64,000 nt of DNA from Hypanus sabinus (Eukaryota), in assembly GCF_030144855.1 (NCBI RefSeq), contig NC_082739.1, positions 15,252,001 through 15,316,000 on the forward strand. Direction: 5' to 3'. A model generated the notes under the pieces. The model was not told the origin of the DNA and made no database searches. It saw only the letters and a list, made by a program, of their open reading frames with translations. The position numbers and the translations under genes are program-made. Of this stretch, positions 60,268-64,000 are shown piece after piece (the first letter of the stretch is position 1; each line of letters starts with the position of its first letter).

Positions 60268-60595
60268 GAATCAGAATCAGGTTTGTTATCACTGACATAT
60301 GTCCACTACTTTCAAATCTCTTACTATCTTTCCTTTCGGTTAGTCCTGACGAAGGGTCTCAGCCCGAAACGTCGACAGTGCTTCTTCCTATAGATGCTGC
60401 CTGGCCTGCTGTGTTCCACCAGCATTTTGTGTATGTTGTCATGAAATTTGTTGTTTTGCAGCAGCAGTATAGTGCAGTACATAAAAATTACTGTAGGTTA
60501 CAGTAAAAAATATATTTTTAAAAAATAAATAGCACTGAAGAGAGAAAAATAATGAGGTAGCGTTAGTGGGTTCATGGACTGTTCAAAAATCTAAA
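60268..60595 (-). mobile_element. Rex-type 3' tail split by a plus-strand pLTR insertion (60304-60436)
   Basis: ACATATGTC|...|TGTCATGAAATTTG; TGTC duplicated at 60300-60303 and 60437-60440. Confidence 0.8.
60343..60376 (+). ncRNA. Candidate minimal type-I hammerhead ribozyme
   Basis: GUC-CUGACGA-A-GGGUCUCAGCCC-GAAA-CG-UC-GAC: intact core, GUC cleavage triplet, only 3-bp stem I. Confidence 0.6.
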
Positions 60596-60871
60596 TGAGT
60601 AGTTGATTGTCAGTACGGATTCTCTGGGGCAAAGGACCTCTTCTTCTGTACTGTATGACCCTGACTCAAGAACAAGTGACCATTTTCGCTAATATGATGA
60701 ACCTTTCAAATCTCAGGATGTTGAAAAAGAACTGTCAATAAAGATCTTTAATTTTTAGAGTGTCTTTACTGTATATTACAAATCATATATCTCTTTGAAG
60801 TAAAACTCTGTTGTACAGACACAATGTGACAGCAATCCTGATAATTGAGTAATGAAATATTATTATAGTCA

Positions 60872-61302
60872 TACTTACTTACCTACATCCTGTAACACCA
60901 CTGGCGTTTAGGGTAGCAATGAAGGTCCCCCATCTCTGGCAGCGTTCAGGGCTTCCTTCATTATGTTGGTAGCTTCCTCTCAGCTTTCACTACTGTCTGG
61001 TCATGCAAGTCCCGGGTGGAGACTCAGGAATACCGTCTCACTCAGATGTAGAAGGATTCTTCATTGCTGTTTTCATAACAATTTTGCTTGACCAGTCAGG
61101 GTTGTTAGCCCTGAGCTGAACCCCCAAACCTGGAGGACTGGTGGACCACTTTTAGTCTGGCCTTTACCCTTTGACCTGTTTGGCACGGGCAATCCTACCA
61201 AGAGCCAAAGCGTAAAGCACCGACTCCTGCCGGGATAGCCCTCTGGATCATTAAGGCACGCAAACCTCCAAATCACGATAAGATCGTGGCCCACTTGGAG
61301 GA
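60872..61302 (-). mobile_element. Non-autonomous RTE derivative (5'UTR fused to 3' end)
   Basis: 3' end TTTAGGGTAGCAATGAAGGTCCCCCATCTCTG matches 58009-58040, with (TAAG)n tail; 5' part matches 22190-22330. Confidence 0.7.
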
Positions 61303-61524
61303 TAGAGTTATTGTTACAACACACACTGAACCACGCCAGCTTCCGGAGTTTAGATGTTCTAACTCTCCGGACTATGGCTAGCTGATGCAGCCCCTTTAAA
61401 GAGTCAAGCACCCAGCTAATTGGTGGCCTGGCGGCCATGTTTTGGCACCAGGTTTTAATATTTAAAGAGCACCTGAATTAAGGTTCAGTGCTCAATTGTC
61501 AGCTCAACTTTGGATTTTTGTCTA

Positions 61525-61900
61525 GCGAGGTATTAAGAGTGTGGAATGAGCTACCAGCACAAGAGAGTGTGTGCAGGCTTGATTTCAATGTTTAAGAGAA
61601 GTTTGGATGGGTACGTGGATAGCAGGGGTATGGAGGGCTATGATGCAGATTAATGGGAGTAGGCAGTTTAAAAAGTTCATCATGGTCTAGATGGACCTGT
61701 TTTCTGTGCTATACTTTTCTATGACTCTCACCACCCTCGGAGTAAAGAAATTTCCCCTCATGTTTTCCTTAAACTTTTCACCTTTTAACCTTAACCCATG
61801 ACCTCTAGTTGCAGTCCCAACCTCCATGGAAAAAGCCTGCTTACATTTATCCCATCTATACACCTCGTAATTTTGTATACCTCTATCAAATCTCCCCTCA
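61525..61900. mobile_element. Two abutting CR1 fragments in opposite orientation
   Basis: Plus strand RVWNELP..FKRSLDGY (61525-61727); minus strand TTGTATACCTCTATCAAATCTCCCCTCA (61728-61900). Confidence 0.7.
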
Positions 61901-62659
61901 ATATTTTTGGAGCTTTATTCTACTTCACTTCAGAGCCAATTTGGACCTTTATGTTTGAAAGAACTCATTTAATAGTGTCTGTACAAAGTTGCAGAATTTA
62001 GGATTTGATTGCAGCAGTAGTTGTTGACAGTGTATTCACTGATCTGCAACTACAGATAAAGTACAAATATTTTGAAATTGAATCATCTATATCACATTTG
62101 GACGGTTTTATTACCAATTATTTATTTAATGTTACTTTATCCTGAGCATCTCTCAATTCCTTTTATTTCCCTGCTACATCATTCTTTTCTTACCTATTTG
62201 ATCAGAATTTCCTTTCCCATCAATCTGCTCCTATATCTCTGATTCCCTCGCGCTCTCCATTTCATTCTCTCCCTGTTCCAATTCATCAGCATCCATTGAC
62301 AGTTCCCTCATTGCCTTTCCTTTATCTTTCTTCCCGCTCTCATTATCCGGTTGGTCTAAACTTATCCTAACATCGTTTCAGCTGAGGTAAAGCCAGATGT
62401 TGACTGCAAAGTGATCATGTATTCCTCATGCTGTGCATTTGCTTTTTATTACTTCTAGCTTTTTAACTCTTGTATTAGCTGCAGAATGCACCTGTTTCTC
62501 AATTAAAAGGCAAATCACAAGCTGCAATTGTAATCATTGTTTAGATCACTGATCCAGTGTCCTAAAGGAAAGATTTTTGCATGATAAAGCTAATGTACCA
62601 TGTGACGAGCTTCTCAATGAAGCATTAAAACACCTCTAGCAAAACAGCACTAATGCTTT

Positions 62660-63450
62660 CTAGGTGAGGCAACACTTCACACTTCACGTGAATGCATTGG
62701 TGCCATTTACTGCATCTGGCGCTCCCGGTGCGGCTTCCTCTACGTCGGTGGGAGATGATGCAGATTGGGGGATTGCTTCATCAAGCTCTCTTCAACAGCT
62801 AGGATCTCTGGATGCCCAGCTACTTGAATTCCACTTCCTATTCCCACACTGACATGTCTGACAATGCTCTTCTCTATTACCAAGTCGAGGCTGGATGCAA
62901 ATTAGAGAAATAACACTTCAAGTACTGTTTTGGTAGTCTCCAACATGATGGCATCAGCATCAGCTTCCAGTAGTTAATCCCGTCTGTAACCCCTTCCACT
63001 TTGTTATCCCTTATCCCTCTGGCTCTATTACCCATCTTGCTCCCCTCTGCCACCCTACCTGTCCATCACCCACACCTTCCACCCTCTGGTTCCCTGCATC
63101 TTTGTCTTTATTCCATGGTCCACTGTCCTCTTCTATCAGATTCTGTCTTTTTTCAGCTCTTTTCCTCTTCCATCTATTATTTCCTAGCTTCCCACATTAT
63201 TCCCACTTCCCTCCTACCAATTTCCTACCTTCCTTACTCATCTATCACTAACCATCTCATGTTCCACCCCTCCCCCGCCCCCAACATTCACCGCTTTATT
63301 CTGGCTTCTGCCCTCTTTACTTTCAGTCCTGACGGAGGATCTCGCCCCAGAACGTGAACCGCTCATTTCCCTGTTGGCTGACCTGCTAAGTTCCTCCAGC
63401 AGCTTTCGGCCTTTGTTCTATTCTGGCATCTCCAGTCTTCCTTGTGCCTC
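62660..63450 (+). mobile_element. Penelope-like 3' end (GIY-YIG remnant, UTR, pLTR)
   Basis: VRQHFT..IYCIWRSRCGFLYVG..RLGDCF; decayed hammerhead motif CAGTCCTGACGGAGG.. at ~63324-63360. Confidence 0.8.
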
Positions 63451-63577
63451 CACTAATTGCAATATTGTGGTACGACAAGATTTGTAACACCTTATCTTCT
63501 CCCAGAAAAAAGGCAGCATGCAACACAGTTACCATGCTGCTGACCGAGGCAAAAGAGGTATTAACAAATTGGGTTAA

Positions 63578-63730
63578 AAACAGAAAATGATGGAAAAGCT
63601 CAGCTGTTCTGATAAAGGATCATCAACTTGAAACGTTTATTCTGTTTCTTTCTCCATGGATGCTGCCTAAACTGCTAAGTGTTTCCAGAAAGTTCTGTTT
63701 TAATTTGGATCTCCACATCTGCAGTTGTTT
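63578..63730. mobile_element. Old pLTR fold-back remnant
   Basis: AAAACAGAAAATGATGGAAAAGCTCAGC..GATGCTGCCTAAACTGCTAAGTGTTTCCAGAAAGTTCTGTTTT. Confidence 0.5.
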
Positions 63731-64000
63731 TTTTTTATGGTGGTGGTGGTGGTGGGTGTAGTAAGCACATACTCCCTATGGCTGGGTTATCTCCTCTCTC
63801 CCCAAGAAGATACTTGGGTCTGATGGGTCACATTCTGTGTTATCAGTAAACAAGTAGACAATTAGATTTACCGCTTATAAAAGCAAAATCTTTCTTTAAT
63901 TAACTTACTCAAAGATCATCATGCTCCTGTCTACACCAATAGTGTTAAGGTTGAGAGGATTTGAGAGCTTCCAGTTCTTTGGAGTGAACATCACCAACAG

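Overview
Non-genic or intronic vertebrate DNA, most likely from a cartilaginous fish (ray or shark). This is inferred from HE1/V-SINE-type SINEs, Deu-domain SINEs and abundant CR1, Rex/Babar and Penelope-like repeats. No intact host protein-coding gene is recognisable, and essentially every homology-bearing ORF in the track is a decayed transposon fragment. Contents: a degenerate ~6.1 kb Gypsy LTR retrotransposon with a nested insertion stack, three solo LTRs, a full-length defective Passport-like Tc1, other Tc1 derivatives, a Chapaev3-like transposase remnant, many CR1 and Rex/Babar LINE pieces (several nested with clear target-site duplications), an R4/Dong-type RLE LINE in a (TAA)n tract, RTE remnants, tRNA-derived SINEs and one 143-N gap. 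The most notable signal is more than a dozen Penelope terminal-repeat (pLTR) copies carrying a minimal type-I hammerhead ribozyme motif (stem I-CTGAYGA-A-stem II-GAAA-CG-TH-stem I'). At least two have intact cores. Several occur as fold-back palindromes with a ribozyme motif on each strand, one inserted as a single unit with a 16-bp TSD, and two are interrupted by Rex LINEs at almost the same catalytic-core position. Family names come from recalled motif similarity, not from database searches. Most boundaries are approximate unless a TSD or TIR is quoted.
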